Of a stretch of 64,000 nucleotides of DNA, positions 52,501 to 61,768 are shown piece by piece. The notes beneath the pieces were generated by a model. The model did not search any database. It was not told the origin of the DNA and saw only the letters and a program-made list of their open reading frames with translations. The DNA comes from a plasmid. The stretch lies in sequence record NZ_CP021276.1, one strand, 5' to 3'. The position numbers were made by a program, and so were the translations under genes. Within the stretch, counting starts at the first letter, position 1. The number at the start of each line of letters is the position of its first letter.

Positions 52501-55396
52501 AGAGTCGATTATCAAGAATGTTAAAGCAGGTATTAACACCATAAAGCCGCTAATGAGTGGTGATGAAGCACGAAAACAATTAGAGCCCACACACCTTACC
52601 AAAGGCCAAAAAGAAGCATGTGAGTTAATCACGACTACAACTGATCAGTTTATTATGATTCAGGGTTATGCAGGAACAGGAAAAACAACCATGACTCGAA
52701 GTGCGATTGACACCATCAGGCATGTCCAATCTATGACTCATGAAGAGGTGAAACTGATTGCGGTCGCGCCCACGCACCAGGCTGTAAAAGAAATGAGGGC
52801 GCTGGGAATTGAAGCGCAAACATTAAAGAGTTTTCTTATTGAACAAGAACAGGAAGTGACATTAAGCAAAGAAACACTGGTGCTGCTTGATGAATCTTCT
52901 ATGGTCTCTAATCGAGATTGCGCAAGCCTCATCCAAAAAATCCATGATTCGGGCGCTCGTTGCGCAATGCTTGGCGATATTAGCCAGCATCAAAGCATTG
53001 AAAGCGGTAAGCCAAGCAAGATATTGATTCAGGAAGGAAGCATCAAGGTGGCCTGTATGGATGATTTGGTACGACAACAAGTCATCGAATACAAAAAGGC
53101 AATCGAAACATTAATCACGGGGGATATTGATAAGGCGTTGGCTCAGTTAGCGAATCAACCCTTAGACTCAATCACCCGAACTAAAGCCGATAGTCCTTAC
53201 TACAACATGACCTCTTCAATTATTGAAACAGGCCATTCGACCCAAGCGTACCTGCAACAAGAACACACTCAACAAGAATCGAAAGAACCCTTCCAGGAAG
53301 AATTAAAGGAAAAAAGCCCGATAGAAATGGCTGTAGGAGATTATTTATCACGGACACCAGCATGCCGTGATAACACCATTGTTATCATTCATGAAAATAA
53401 AAAAAGGGAAGTTGCAAATGGTCTGATTAGAAATGCACTGATGAAAGAGTCTACCATAGGCCTTGAAAACAAAGAGTTCCCGCGGCTACTAAGCACGAAT
53501 TACACCACTGCAGAGCTTTATTATTGTGAAACGTATCGGGATTGCTTAAAAAAGAAAGAAGAGTATTTTTTAAAGAAAGGAGAGCACTATTTCAAAGTGG
53601 TTTCGGTAGATGAGGCAGCGAAAGTAGTGGTATTAAATGATACGAAAGGAAATAAATGCCTCTTTGTTCCTGAAAAAGAAAATAAAGACTGGAAGATTGA
53701 ATTGTTTCAATCCATGCCAGGAAGAGTTTCGGTGGGTGAAAAAATTCATTTTAAAAAATCTGATAAGACTTTGGGACGTTTCGCTAATGAAAGGGTGCAG
53801 GTGACGGAGGTAAACGATGAGTCATTTACCGTAAAAGACAGTAGTGGCGTGGCGCACGTTCTGGAAAAAAAACAGATGAAGGATTCCCATTGGGATTATA
53901 GTTATACTGCTACCAGTTATTCAATTCAAGGGGCTTCATCCCCATTTGTTATTGGAGTTGCTGAAACTAAAAATGCTCAAGTAAACCATCTGCGTTCATT
54001 TTATATCATGGTAACGCGAGGTTCCTTGCATGCCATGATTTATACGGACGATCATAAAAAACTACGAAAACAACTTCGTGTTACTCCTGAAAAAACTTCT
54101 GCATTGGAATCGCTTGGCCTCCTGCATACCCCAATAAAGTCCAAAACTCCTAATGAGCAACCAAAATCACTCAAGCCAATGCATGGTATGCCCAAAATAA
54201 AGAACCAGGAACCTCGCTATGATGCGAATATGCTGTCACAAAATTTATCCGACCAGGCTGAGCTCGTGATTGAATCACTACTTGGAGAGCCCAATAGAGC
54301 GCTTTCGTCAAAAACAGAATATCGATATGGTACTAAAGGCAGCTTAAGCATCTGTTTAAGTGGAGAAAAAAGAGGAGTTTGGCATAACTTTGAAACAAAG
54401 GAAAAAGGAAACATGCTTCATTTGATTCAAAAAACATTAAATCTAAATTTTAAAGAAAGTCTTGAATATGCTGCCAAATTCACAGGTGATGACTTAAAAG
54501 AACGTATTAAATTAGCAAGCAAAAACCCTAATAAGATTCAAGCAATCGATTCTGATAAGAAAAGAAAAACATCAGATTATGGACTGCAATTAGCACGAGA
54601 ATCGAAACCCATATCAGGCACAATAGCAGAGCGGTATTTAAAAGAAATCAGGAAAATTCATAATGTGTCTGGAGAAAATATTCGCTTTCATCCTCATGTC
54701 TATACTAAAGATACCGAAGAAGTTCGCTACAGGCCAGCACTATTGAATATTGCGCGGGACAAAGACAATAAAGTAGCCTGCGTTGAAGCAGTATACCTGG
54801 ATAATGACACAGCAAATCAAGCAATAATGAAGATAAAGCCTAAGAAATCTTATGGATTAAAAGCAGGCGCTGGAGTCATATTAAATGAGGGGAAAGGACA
54901 TGAAAGTGTCACCTATATCGCAGAAGGTGTAGAAACAGGACTAAGCATCAGAGATGCAGTTCAAAATGAACGAGTTATAGCGACACTAGGGAAAGAAAAT
55001 TTTGTAAATATCGATATGGCTTTGCTCACCGATAAAATAGTCATTTGCATGGATAATGATGGAAAACCCATTAAAGAGGACAGGGTAATTATTCAAACCA
55101 TTGAACGATTGAAACAGCATGGAAAAACCGTAGAAATTGCCATTCCTCTGCGTCAAAAAGACTTTAATGATGTGATTAAAAGCGGGGGTATACAAGAAGT
55201 AGTTGATACATTAAATAAATCAGTTAGTGTCGATAAACTGATTGGAAGCCCCAATAAAACAGATTTGAATCAAGATCAAATTAAGAAGTGCCTTGATACC
55301 ATTTCACGACAGATGAACCTTGAAATTCCTGAAATTAAAAACAATTCAATTGATAAATTGAAAACCCTTCAGCGAGAAGAAATGGAAATATATTAA
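49559..55396 (+). CDS. traI: TraI relaxase–helicase (MobF/TrwC-type) with a C-terminal Toprim/primase-like extension
   Basis: The N-terminal relaxase has the HDTSRELDPQLHVHALL 3-His motif. The helicase has GYAGTGKTT. The C-terminal ~400 aa contains YIAEGVETGLS and VICMDNDGKP (Toprim Glu and DxD). Confidence 0.9.
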   Translation: MLSLRVKPIKKPGYYFDQENYYFTNQLVTQWVGLSAARQNLSGEVNVKTLESLVSGELPSGDVIKGLKLTTGEISKRGGYDLTFSAPKSVSYLGLVCEHKEFIDLHLNAVKTVLKLIEKEAAQARKSGKEGMEYEKTGNLCFAAILHDTSRELDPQLHVHALLMNFTERLDGKWRALASDISRNNGTMEWIMDNQIFLGLVYRSEMALGLKEMGLEIEHTGDAHGLFEIKHFDKALLEQISKRRAQVEEHIKGMHSNSLKAYDRATLDSRKSKEMVSPEELRTRWSAESEALGVNPATYLATLKEKTKESHTPKETMSNNQELDRSVLDAIAHLEEKKLTFTYQEVLQTSLYFSLGEQGFEALMARIDKEIDAQNLIALNTENFSFTTSTLINKEQELIRKIVNFTPQKKGIERNTDKVCKLTDNESIQKAVTQALFYKEGVVRIKQQSATSRELLSTLIDYSQDSKKIRILCPSAYSARTMNKDMTQSAPTLWQWILSIGKQDLCETVAGFNYRHRSEHKLPFFNSKKEREVLIVDESQRLTPDEMNILLSIADKRSAKVILLEKSQSLSGFKSDIPDLLNKASIKTFEVDDRKAPATNINLIEEKTIEGRILKTAQMYSNLPLNQRQNTKVLTVSKLEAKEVNEAIRKQLKEHGEISVDEKSINTLTPMSLTLSEKKMAKSYQPDWVLIQNTRTESKKFTVIGVNEKDNQLIVRNHNGVRSQLAAKNITDSTQVYEQTPLSVGIGDQLIATGSLSFEGLKIGNQYEVTAFTRHGIKIKDGKRTIHLITSNEKHFPLSHAYAKTIYSDDFKPVKQTIMTLPAYALKQNTMSVLCESSKEELMIITDDVDKANRFAMKTAAKSSAISLTLNAAKTNHGAQIIDHRATTDLLTSLEQALTILTSEKPQKSDAEKALNFAIAHLSEREAAFTRSDLLKVALTQAIGKAGLNELNNVLDKVMTNGDLISGGNEILTTKEAVAFEESIIKNVKAGINTIKPLMSGDEARKQLEPTHLTKGQKEACELITTTTDQFIMIQGYAGTGKTTMTRSAIDTIRHVQSMTHEEVKLIAVAPTHQAVKEMRALGIEAQTLKSFLIEQEQEVTLSKETLVLLDESSMVSNRDCASLIQKIHDSGARCAMLGDISQHQSIESGKPSKILIQEGSIKVACMDDLVRQQVIEYKKAIETLITGDIDKALAQLANQPLDSITRTKADSPYYNMTSSIIETGHSTQAYLQQEHTQQESKEPFQEELKEKSPIEMAVGDYLSRTPACRDNTIVIIHENKKREVANGLIRNALMKESTIGLENKEFPRLLSTNYTTAELYYCETYRDCLKKKEEYFLKKGEHYFKVVSVDEAAKVVVLNDTKGNKCLFVPEKENKDWKIELFQSMPGRVSVGEKIHFKKSDKTLGRFANERVQVTEVNDESFTVKDSSGVAHVLEKKQMKDSHWDYSYTATSYSIQGASSPFVIGVAETKNAQVNHLRSFYIMVTRGSLHAMIYTDDHKKLRKQLRVTPEKTSALESLGLLHTPIKSKTPNEQPKSLKPMHGMPKIKNQEPRYDANMLSQNLSDQAELVIESLLGEPNRALSSKTEYRYGTKGSLSICLSGEKRGVWHNFETKEKGNMLHLIQKTLNLNFKESLEYAAKFTGDDLKERIKLASKNPNKIQAIDSDKKRKTSDYGLQLARESKPISGTIAERYLKEIRKIHNVSGENIRFHPHVYTKDTEEVRYRPALLNIARDKDNKVACVEAVYLDNDTANQAIMKIKPKKSYGLKAGAGVILNEGKGHESVTYIAEGVETGLSIRDAVQNERVIATLGKENFVNIDMALLTDKIVICMDNDGKPIKEDRVIIQTIERLKQHGKTVEIAIPLRQKDFNDVIKSGGIQEVVDTLNKSVSVDKLIGSPNKTDLNQDQIKKCLDTISRQMNLEIPEIKNNSIDKLKTLQREEMEIY

Positions 55397-55470
55397 AATA
55401 TCTTTAATTGATTGAGCATAGGAATTTTATATGAAAAAAATGTGTGGAATAATCTCTCTAATATTGATAA

Positions 55471-55854
55471 ATGGAGGTATCATTCTACCTTATTTATGTC
55501 TATGTATTAGTAGCTTGTTCCACCAAAATGAACAACCTATTACAGGTTGCTTATGAGCCATCTGGAATGCAAATGTTTTTTTATTTTATATCGCTCCCGT
55601 TTTTTATAATTTTAGCAATATTAAGTCGTATTCATTGTTTTTATTATGATGTAAAAAATGGATTAGCGTTTTCGTTGTTATTGATTTGGTTATTGTATTT
55701 TTTATTTATCGAATATATTGACCAAATAGTTCATTTTCCCAATGGAAATGAACTATTTTATTATGGTAGTTTAGCTATTTCATTAGGGGCATTTACTTTA
55801 ATTGGATTAACTACCTATTTCCAATTAAAACAGTTAATGTCCGATTCTAGGTAA
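55471..55854 (+). CDS. Hypothetical membrane protein (4 TM)
   Basis: ORF only. Confidence 0.3.
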   Translation: MEVSFYLIYVYVLVACSTKMNNLLQVAYEPSGMQMFFYFISLPFFIILAILSRIHCFYYDVKNGLAFSLLLIWLLYFLFIEYIDQIVHFPNGNELFYYGSLAISLGAFTLIGLTTYFQLKQLMSDSR

Positions 55855-55918
55855 AATTTTTAGAGTAAAAATTATCTTTATTACTTTCAATTTAACGGCA
55901 AGTACTATTTTTTATAAC

Positions 55919-56287
55919 TTAATTATTGATAAATCCTTCAATGAAATTATCTACCTTTTTCTTCAGTTCTGCGATATGTTCTTCGGCATTATTCGAATCA
56001 CTTTGAAGTTTGTTTTTATCATAAACACAACGAAAAATATCAGCACTGATTCCCAGCAATCTTAAAAGATGGGTCGTGTGTTGACGATTTAACTCTTCCT
56101 CTTTTTCTAAGCGTCTTTTTTCATCCTCGCTTATCACTGGATTATCTTTATTATGGAGATAAACCTTTATCCCTAATTCAATCATTTCTTTCATTGTTTG
56201 AGACGATGAATCATGCCCTTCATCTTTTTTAATGGATTCGAGCTGATCAATAATTTTTTGATTTAAATAACAATAGGCCTTGGGCAT
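55919..56287 (-). CDS. Hypothetical helical protein
   Basis: ORF only. Confidence 0.3.
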   Translation of the reverse strand: MPKAYCYLNQKIIDQLESIKKDEGHDSSSQTMKEMIELGIKVYLHNKDNPVISEDEKRRLEKEEELNRQHTTHLLRLLGISADIFRCVYDKNKLQSDSNNAEEHIAELKKKVDNFIEGFINN

Positions 56288-56681
56288 AAAATCCTCTTTT
56301 AAATTTATAATACAGGTTCAGTGCACTGATTTTGGCTAGTTGAGAATAATTATATCATTTAATTATAGGGGTCGAATAGGTGTGTATCTTTGTTTAATAG
56401 AGGTTTTTTATTCATTTGCTAGGTGTGGATTAGGTGTTGATATTTTATAAGTTATTGATTAATATTAAAGAGTGGATGCACACCCATATAAAACAGAGGT
56501 GTTGGCAGATTTAAAAATGCTCATCTTCACGTAAGTTATTGAATAATAATAAAATGTTTTAAGCAATAAACATTGCGAGGGGTGTGTTCTTTTTTAATTT
56601 AATCATTCTTTTTGTATGGGCATTTAACTGGGAATTTTAGTATTATTTATTTAAATTAATATTATGAAAAGCGCATAATAA

Positions 56682-57053
56682 TTGCGTGCTTGTGATTCAC
56701 AGTATTCTCTTAACCATTTACTCAATAGGGATATTTATATCATGAATATATTAAAAAGATTTCTGAAAAAAATTGCTAAAATCATTCATTTTAGACCCTA
56801 TAGTGAATGGACTGAAGAAGAGAAGGCTGTGTATGCTAAACGGCATTCTTTTCATTCTTACTCTAAATCAAATGATACAAAAATTAATCCTGCAAGCGGC
56901 CTGCCAATGATTGGTTGTCTGGATGTAAATGGCAATACATTTGGATCTAGCAGTTCATTTGATGATTATCATAGAAATCATGACAACAATTATCGTATTT
57001 ATTCATCTACAAATTATTGCAATAGTTATGATCCGTTTGCCAATCGCTATTAA
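56682..57053 (+). CDS. Hypothetical protein
   Basis: ORF only. Confidence 0.3.
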   Translation: MRACDSQYSLNHLLNRDIYIMNILKRFLKKIAKIIHFRPYSEWTEEEKAVYAKRHSFHSYSKSNDTKINPASGLPMIGCLDVNGNTFGSSSSFDDYHRNHDNNYRIYSSTNYCNSYDPFANRY

Positions 57054-57141
57054 TTGTTTCGATTTTTATTTTTATGCCCTATTTTTACTGATATAGTAAA
57101 CTAAATTTTTTATAAGATTTATGGTAATTTTGGAGAATCCC

Positions 57142-57357
57142 ATGGCTTTAATCAACGCAAGAAAAACACCTGAAAAAGAAAAAATTAAAATCGAAATAAA
57201 CAAAGAAATATATTCGGAAATTAAAGAATATTGCTCATGGGTTGGTATTGATGATATTAGCCATTTTTTTGAAGAGTCATCAATTATGATTTTCTCTAAA
57301 GACAAAGAATGGAAGCAACATCGAAAAGACAAAAAACTGAATAACGAAACCGTCTAA
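57142..57357 (+). CDS. Small RHH-like (ribbon-helix-helix) protein, possibly an orphan antitoxin or regulator
   Basis: MALINARKTPEKEKIKIEINKEIYSEIKEYCSWVGIDDISHFFEE fits a beta-strand plus helix RHH pattern. GGAGAA lies 6 nt upstream. The opposite-strand ORF 57072–57332 is probably spurious. Confidence 0.25.
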   Translation: MALINARKTPEKEKIKIEINKEIYSEIKEYCSWVGIDDISHFFEESSIMIFSKDKEWKQHRKDKKLNNETV

Positions 57358-57531
57358 TGTTTATCAGATAGGGACTTACTTTTGAAAAAATATCAGCAAC
57401 ATTTTATTTACCTTTCCTTTTTTTAATTGCGTATAATATTCCTTCCAATAAAAGCAGAAAAAAAGAGCTGATAGGATAGCTGAATCGATAAGAAAAAAAG
57501 CCCATGGAATTTGGGCTTTTTTATGGGAATT

Positions 57532-57930
57532 CTACCCTAATTTAATCAACTCCCAATCACCAAAGTACCCATCTTTGGTTTTAATTAAATCTTCATAAAC
57601 ACGCATCTCTAAACCATCAGCAATCTCATCCCACCCTGTTACTTCCCTCGCTATATTAAAATACTCATCATTAATAAAAAACACTCTGGGAACTCCGTAT
57701 GTCCAGATAATGCCATCAACACCAAAAAGTGTTGCTCCTTCAAAGCCCCAATCATCCATTTCTTGTTCTGGGGTATTGCGTCCGTGGTATAGTCTTAATT
57801 TCATCAAATGTTCCTTTAATCTTGCTGTTGTTATCACGCTATTTTCAGGATGAGGCAAAGGGATTTTTCTTTGCCTCTTAAAAAATTCCGTTACCTTTTT
57901 ATTTCCATCATTTTTTCGGTTAACGTCCAC
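57532..57930 (-). CDS. Hypothetical protein, second gene of the DUF932 operon
   Basis: 132 aa. It overlaps the upstream gene. Confidence 0.35.
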   Translation of the reverse strand: MDVNRKNDGNKKVTEFFKRQRKIPLPHPENSVITTARLKEHLMKLRLYHGRNTPEQEMDDWGFEGATLFGVDGIIWTYGVPRVFFINDEYFNIAREVTGWDEIADGLEMRVYEDLIKTKDGYFGDWELIKLG

Positions 57931-58772
57931 AATGCTCGATTTAATTTCACATTTTGATCAATGGCTTTTACTTCTCTCGTTTTTGTTCGAGTGGTGTATC
58001 CGTATTTATTTAAACGATGGCCACGGATACCCCCTTTAATTAAGTTTTCTTGCAGGACATTAAACACCGTAAACAAATCATTATCTTTTTGATCAACATA
58101 ACGCCTTGGTTGCAATAAACGCTCAGGAGCAACGATCATTGCACCCTCATCATTAGAAAATTTTAGAGAATGGGCAGCTTCGGCAAAAATCATCTTTTCA
58201 GTATCGTTTAAATGAATTGAAGCCATATCATCTGATACATCGAGCATCTTGTTTGCAGTTTCAATCACTTTATAAGTGCCTTCAATAACATTTCCAACAA
58301 CATCCCCCTGATGTTTAATTCTGATTTCGTCATACGATTGCCCAGCAATCATTCCATTACCACACACAACCCGAAAAAGACCCGCCATTAGACGATAAGA
58401 AGACAGGCCATCATGAGAATTGATAAGAACAAGTTCTGGATAAAGTCCCTGATTATTTTGAATGACATCATGGCGTTGAAAACGAAGCATGTGTTTTGCA
58501 AATGCTTTCGATTCTTCACTCAGGCTTTTAGTCTGAGTTGCCCAAGTTGGAAAAAATCCTTCTGACATTAATTTTTCAATGATTTGCTCTGTTGAGATTG
58601 GTGAGTACTGAGCACTTGTTTTGTGGGAACTTTCTTGTGTAAATATGGAAGGGGCTAATTTAAATAGTTTTTCTTTTGATAAAATGGGTAACATGATGTT
58701 TTCTCCTATGTTTTTACTATTGTTCTCAAGGAACAAATACAGTATCTCAAAAAAGCGCGTAATCGTCAACAA
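57891..58772 (-). CDS. DUF932-like (phage/plasmid-like protein family) protein
   Basis: LVLINSHDGLSSYRLMAGLFRVVCGNGMIAG matches the NSHDGS...FRLVCSNG signature of the family as I remember it. Confidence 0.5.
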   Translation of the reverse strand: MLTITRFFEILYLFLENNSKNIGENIMLPILSKEKLFKLAPSIFTQESSHKTSAQYSPISTEQIIEKLMSEGFFPTWATQTKSLSEESKAFAKHMLRFQRHDVIQNNQGLYPELVLINSHDGLSSYRLMAGLFRVVCGNGMIAGQSYDEIRIKHQGDVVGNVIEGTYKVIETANKMLDVSDDMASIHLNDTEKMIFAEAAHSLKFSNDEGAMIVAPERLLQPRRYVDQKDNDLFTVFNVLQENLIKGGIRGHRLNKYGYTTRTKTREVKAIDQNVKLNRALWTLTEKMMEIKR

Positions 58773-58885
58773 TTATTATAAAATATATTTATAAAAAATA
58801 TTTACCAAAAATGTTGATATTTATTGCTGCCCTTGTTATATTGTTCTTGTCCCAATGACACATAGTAAAAACATAGGAGAACACA

Positions 58886-59209
58886 ATGACTATTCCAGAA
58901 ATTATCCAGCAACAATTGCTGCGCACGAATAAAGCGATTGTTTGGTCTTGGGGCGTATCTAAATGGTATGAACTATCATCTAATGCACTTGCAATAAGAG
59001 TTCATGCGCGTTATTTAGATGGTTTTGTCTGTATCGAGTTGGATGAGGCGCAAGACTTATACAATATTTCCTTTTACCTTAACCAAGACTTCTCAGACAT
59101 ACTGGTGTGGCCAGTGATACCCTATAAACCGATGAAAGGAGTCTATTGCGATCAACTGGTTGAATTCATTGATAACAGAATAGAAAGAATACCCGATTAT
59201 AAATACTGA
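58886..59209 (+). CDS. Hypothetical protein
   Basis: ORF only. Confidence 0.3.
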   Translation: MTIPEIIQQQLLRTNKAIVWSWGVSKWYELSSNALAIRVHARYLDGFVCIELDEAQDLYNISFYLNQDFSDILVWPVIPYKPMKGVYCDQLVEFIDNRIERIPDYKY

Positions 59210-59261
59210 CTATTGCCCTACTTCCTACCGTGGGGAGTAGGCCATTAACAGGAGTAGATTC

Positions 59262-60080
59262 ATGAAAAAATTATCGTTTGCCGTTAAAGCAAACATGAAT
59301 AAACCACCTAGGGTTCACGTGCAATCAGCCGATAAAAAATCAACTTATGGCTCATTTCAAGCAAATAACTGCGATGAATTCGATAGTTGGGACAAATTAA
59401 GCCAGGACGAAGCCATTGAATTAAAGCACTACATGAATAATCTAGTGGCTATTGAGCATTACTTTTCCACAAAGGCTCTGTCCGAACAAAAAGATTTTAG
59501 GATCCGATTACCCGGTAGTTTTATTGATGCGATTGATGAACTAAGCAAGTTATGTTTTGAAGAGCACATCGACTTGAATGTTTATGATGCCATGATAAGT
59601 GCCGCTATTGGGCAACTTAAAATAAAGACAGCAAGCCTTCCTGATGAAAAAAAACAGCAAGCGCTTACACTGCTTAATCAACTAGGATTATCTGAAAATG
59701 TAAAAACAGATGTTTCCTTGAAAATACAGGCGGTATTCTCTGAATTATTATCCATTCATAACAAATCAGAAAAACTGCACCAAAAAGCCAGGATGCTTTT
59801 TAATAAAGATAAAAGTATTGCTCCAAAAACTATTGAGGAAATCGCAAAAGGTGAACTATCAACTTCCAAATGGTTAGTGGCTTGTGCTGTAGAGATTTTA
59901 CTGGAAGAAAAACCAGATATAGTGCAAAAAATATTAACTGAGGACGATATCTTGTTTTTGTGGGCTAATCCTTTACTAAAAAATCATAGACCGCTCAAGG
60001 AACTGCTCGATAAACTAGAGTCGTTGAGTAACTCGGAAACGTTAAGCAATAAACTAAAATCCATGATTAATTTTAGTTAA
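59262..60080 (+). CDS. Hypothetical protein (272 aa)
   Basis: ORF only. Confidence 0.3.
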   Translation: MKKLSFAVKANMNKPPRVHVQSADKKSTYGSFQANNCDEFDSWDKLSQDEAIELKHYMNNLVAIEHYFSTKALSEQKDFRIRLPGSFIDAIDELSKLCFEEHIDLNVYDAMISAAIGQLKIKTASLPDEKKQQALTLLNQLGLSENVKTDVSLKIQAVFSELLSIHNKSEKLHQKARMLFNKDKSIAPKTIEEIAKGELSTSKWLVACAVEILLEEKPDIVQKILTEDDILFLWANPLLKNHRPLKELLDKLESLSNSETLSNKLKSMINFS

Positions 60081-60118
60081 ATACTTTCCAAATTATCACA
60101 TTTATGCTATAAATTATT

Positions 60119-60472
60119 ATGAAAATAAAATTTTACCAAAAACAATCGGGCAAAAACCCCGTGGCGGAATTTCTAAATGATTTGCCGTCCGATGAAATCG
60201 CGCGACTTGCTGGTTGTTTAAAGAGTGTTGAAGAACTGGGTTTTGATAGCCCAAGGGTACAATTCAGGCAAATAAAAGGCTCGCTTTGGGAAATTAAAAT
60301 TAAAACATCGCGCAGTGGTTATCGGTTTTTTTATGTGTGCATCCAAAAAGAAATCATCGTTCTTTTACATGCCTATAAAAAACAATCACAAAAAGCGCCA
60401 AAGCAAGAAATTGAACTGGCTGAAAAACGAATGATGGAGGTATACGAGAATGAAAGCACTTACCTTAAATGA
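60119..60472 (+). CDS. Type II toxin, RelE/ParE superfamily (Gp49/DUF891, HigB-like)
   Basis: ...QKQSGKNPVAEFLNDLP...QIKGSLWEIKIK.SRSGYRFFYV...IIVLLHAYKKQSQKAPKQEIELAEKR matches the Gp49-like toxin pattern. It overlaps the downstream antitoxin. Confidence 0.7.
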   Translation: MKIKFYQKQSGKNPVAEFLNDLPSDEIARLAGCLKSVEELGFDSPRVQFRQIKGSLWEIKIKTSRSGYRFFYVCIQKEIIVLLHAYKKQSQKAPKQEIELAEKRMMEVYENESTYLK

Positions 60473-60740
60473 ATTTATTGACGATAAAATCAATCAAGAT
60501 GAAGAATTTGCCAAGCACTATGAACGTGAGCAAATTATTAATAATATAGCAGTAATGATTGTAAATGCCCGTAAAAAGCGACATATGACACAATCTGAAT
60601 TGGCCAATAAAATTGGAACCAAACAATCGGTTATTTCTCGCCTTGAAAGTGGCAATAGTTCATTTATTCCCTCATTAGAGACCTTGGTGAAGGTTGCTGA
60701 TGCGCTGAACATGCACTTAAAATTGCAATTACAGGCCTAA
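60450..60740 (+). CDS. HigA-like XRE-family HTH antitoxin
   Basis: Has the HTH RHMTQSELANKIGTKQSVISRLESG. It overlaps the toxin gene by 23 nt. Confidence 0.7.
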   Translation: MKALTLNEFIDDKINQDEEFAKHYEREQIINNIAVMIVNARKKRHMTQSELANKIGTKQSVISRLESGNSSFIPSLETLVKVADALNMHLKLQLQA

Positions 60741-61055
60741 TTGGATTAATTGGTAAATACATATTATCTAAAACAAGCCATGAATATTCATGGGCTTTTA
60801 ATTTAATTCTCTGAACCTTCATTATTAGCGATTCAACGTTGTGGTCAAATATAGGCCAGTTATTTAACGTTGATTACATTAAAGTCTGATTATCTATATT
60901 AAAAGATCTAAGATGGTTTTGTAGTTAATGTAGTCAACGTTTTCATGCAGGATAACAGATCTTATTTAATATTTAATTAGGAACTTAAAAGCATTAAATA
61001 ACTAAATCAAATTAGGGAAAATATACTCCGTTCGATATAGAACGGAGTAAGCAGT

Positions 61056-61196
61056 TTAGCAACGTATTAAAAATCTCCAGCACTCGAGCCCATAATCATG
61101 TGCATCAAGATATCTATCTGAATTCTTCACACGTCGATGACGACAAAATACCCATTTAAAACCACTGGGTGGTGGTATCAGACTATCTTTAGTCAT
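61056..61196 (-). CDS. Unannotated small ORF (46 aa)
   Basis: MTKDSLIPPPSGFKWVFCRHRRVKNSDRYLDAHDYGLECWRFLIRC. It is below the ORF-track cutoff. The function is unknown. Confidence 0.2.
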   Translation of the reverse strand: MTKDSLIPPPSGFKWVFCRHRRVKNSDRYLDAHDYGLECWRFLIRC

Positions 61197-61768
61197 TATT
61201 AATCCTATTAATTAATTTATTTATTAATAGTTGACTTTTGACCCACAGATACCTATAATCATTTTGTCTAGAAATTATACAGAAACCTGCGGGGTTAAGC
61301 CAACAACCTTGGTTTAATTTCGTTATGTCATATATACCCCCTTATTTTTGTATTAATGCTTATTTGCAAAATAGATATGGAAATACAGGGGTGTTTTTTA
61401 GGACAAAGAAATTCTACGTAAAAAGCCTGAGTGGGTTTTACAACTAGAGAAGATCTTTTTAAATGATCTTTTTTATTAAGAAGATACAGCTACTAATATT
61501 TTTATTCCTTGAATATTACTGTTCGCACAAATTGGACACAACTCCCTAACCATATACTATATTTATAGCACAACAATATACAAACCGCCAATTAATTGGC
61601 CAAATTTATAATGTAAAAATTATTGGCTTTAAGTAACATATTGATTATTAGATCTAAATAAGCCGAAGTTATAGAAAAAACCTATTATTGAGATAACTAT
61701 TTATCACAGTGATTGCAGGTAGTATTTAAATAAACGTCTATTAATCCCAAGTCAATTTATGTCTATTC

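Noticed and set aside
50227-55195. Numerous minus-strand ORFs within traI
   Set aside because: They are antisense to a continuous 1945-aa relaxase/helicase ORF with clear motifs.
55397-55470. Possible oriT immediately after traI (contains a gtgtgg tract)
   Set aside because: I found no inverted repeat plus nic-like consensus. The oriT location remains unknown. The 29833–29909 and 30727–30829 intergenic regions are other candidates.
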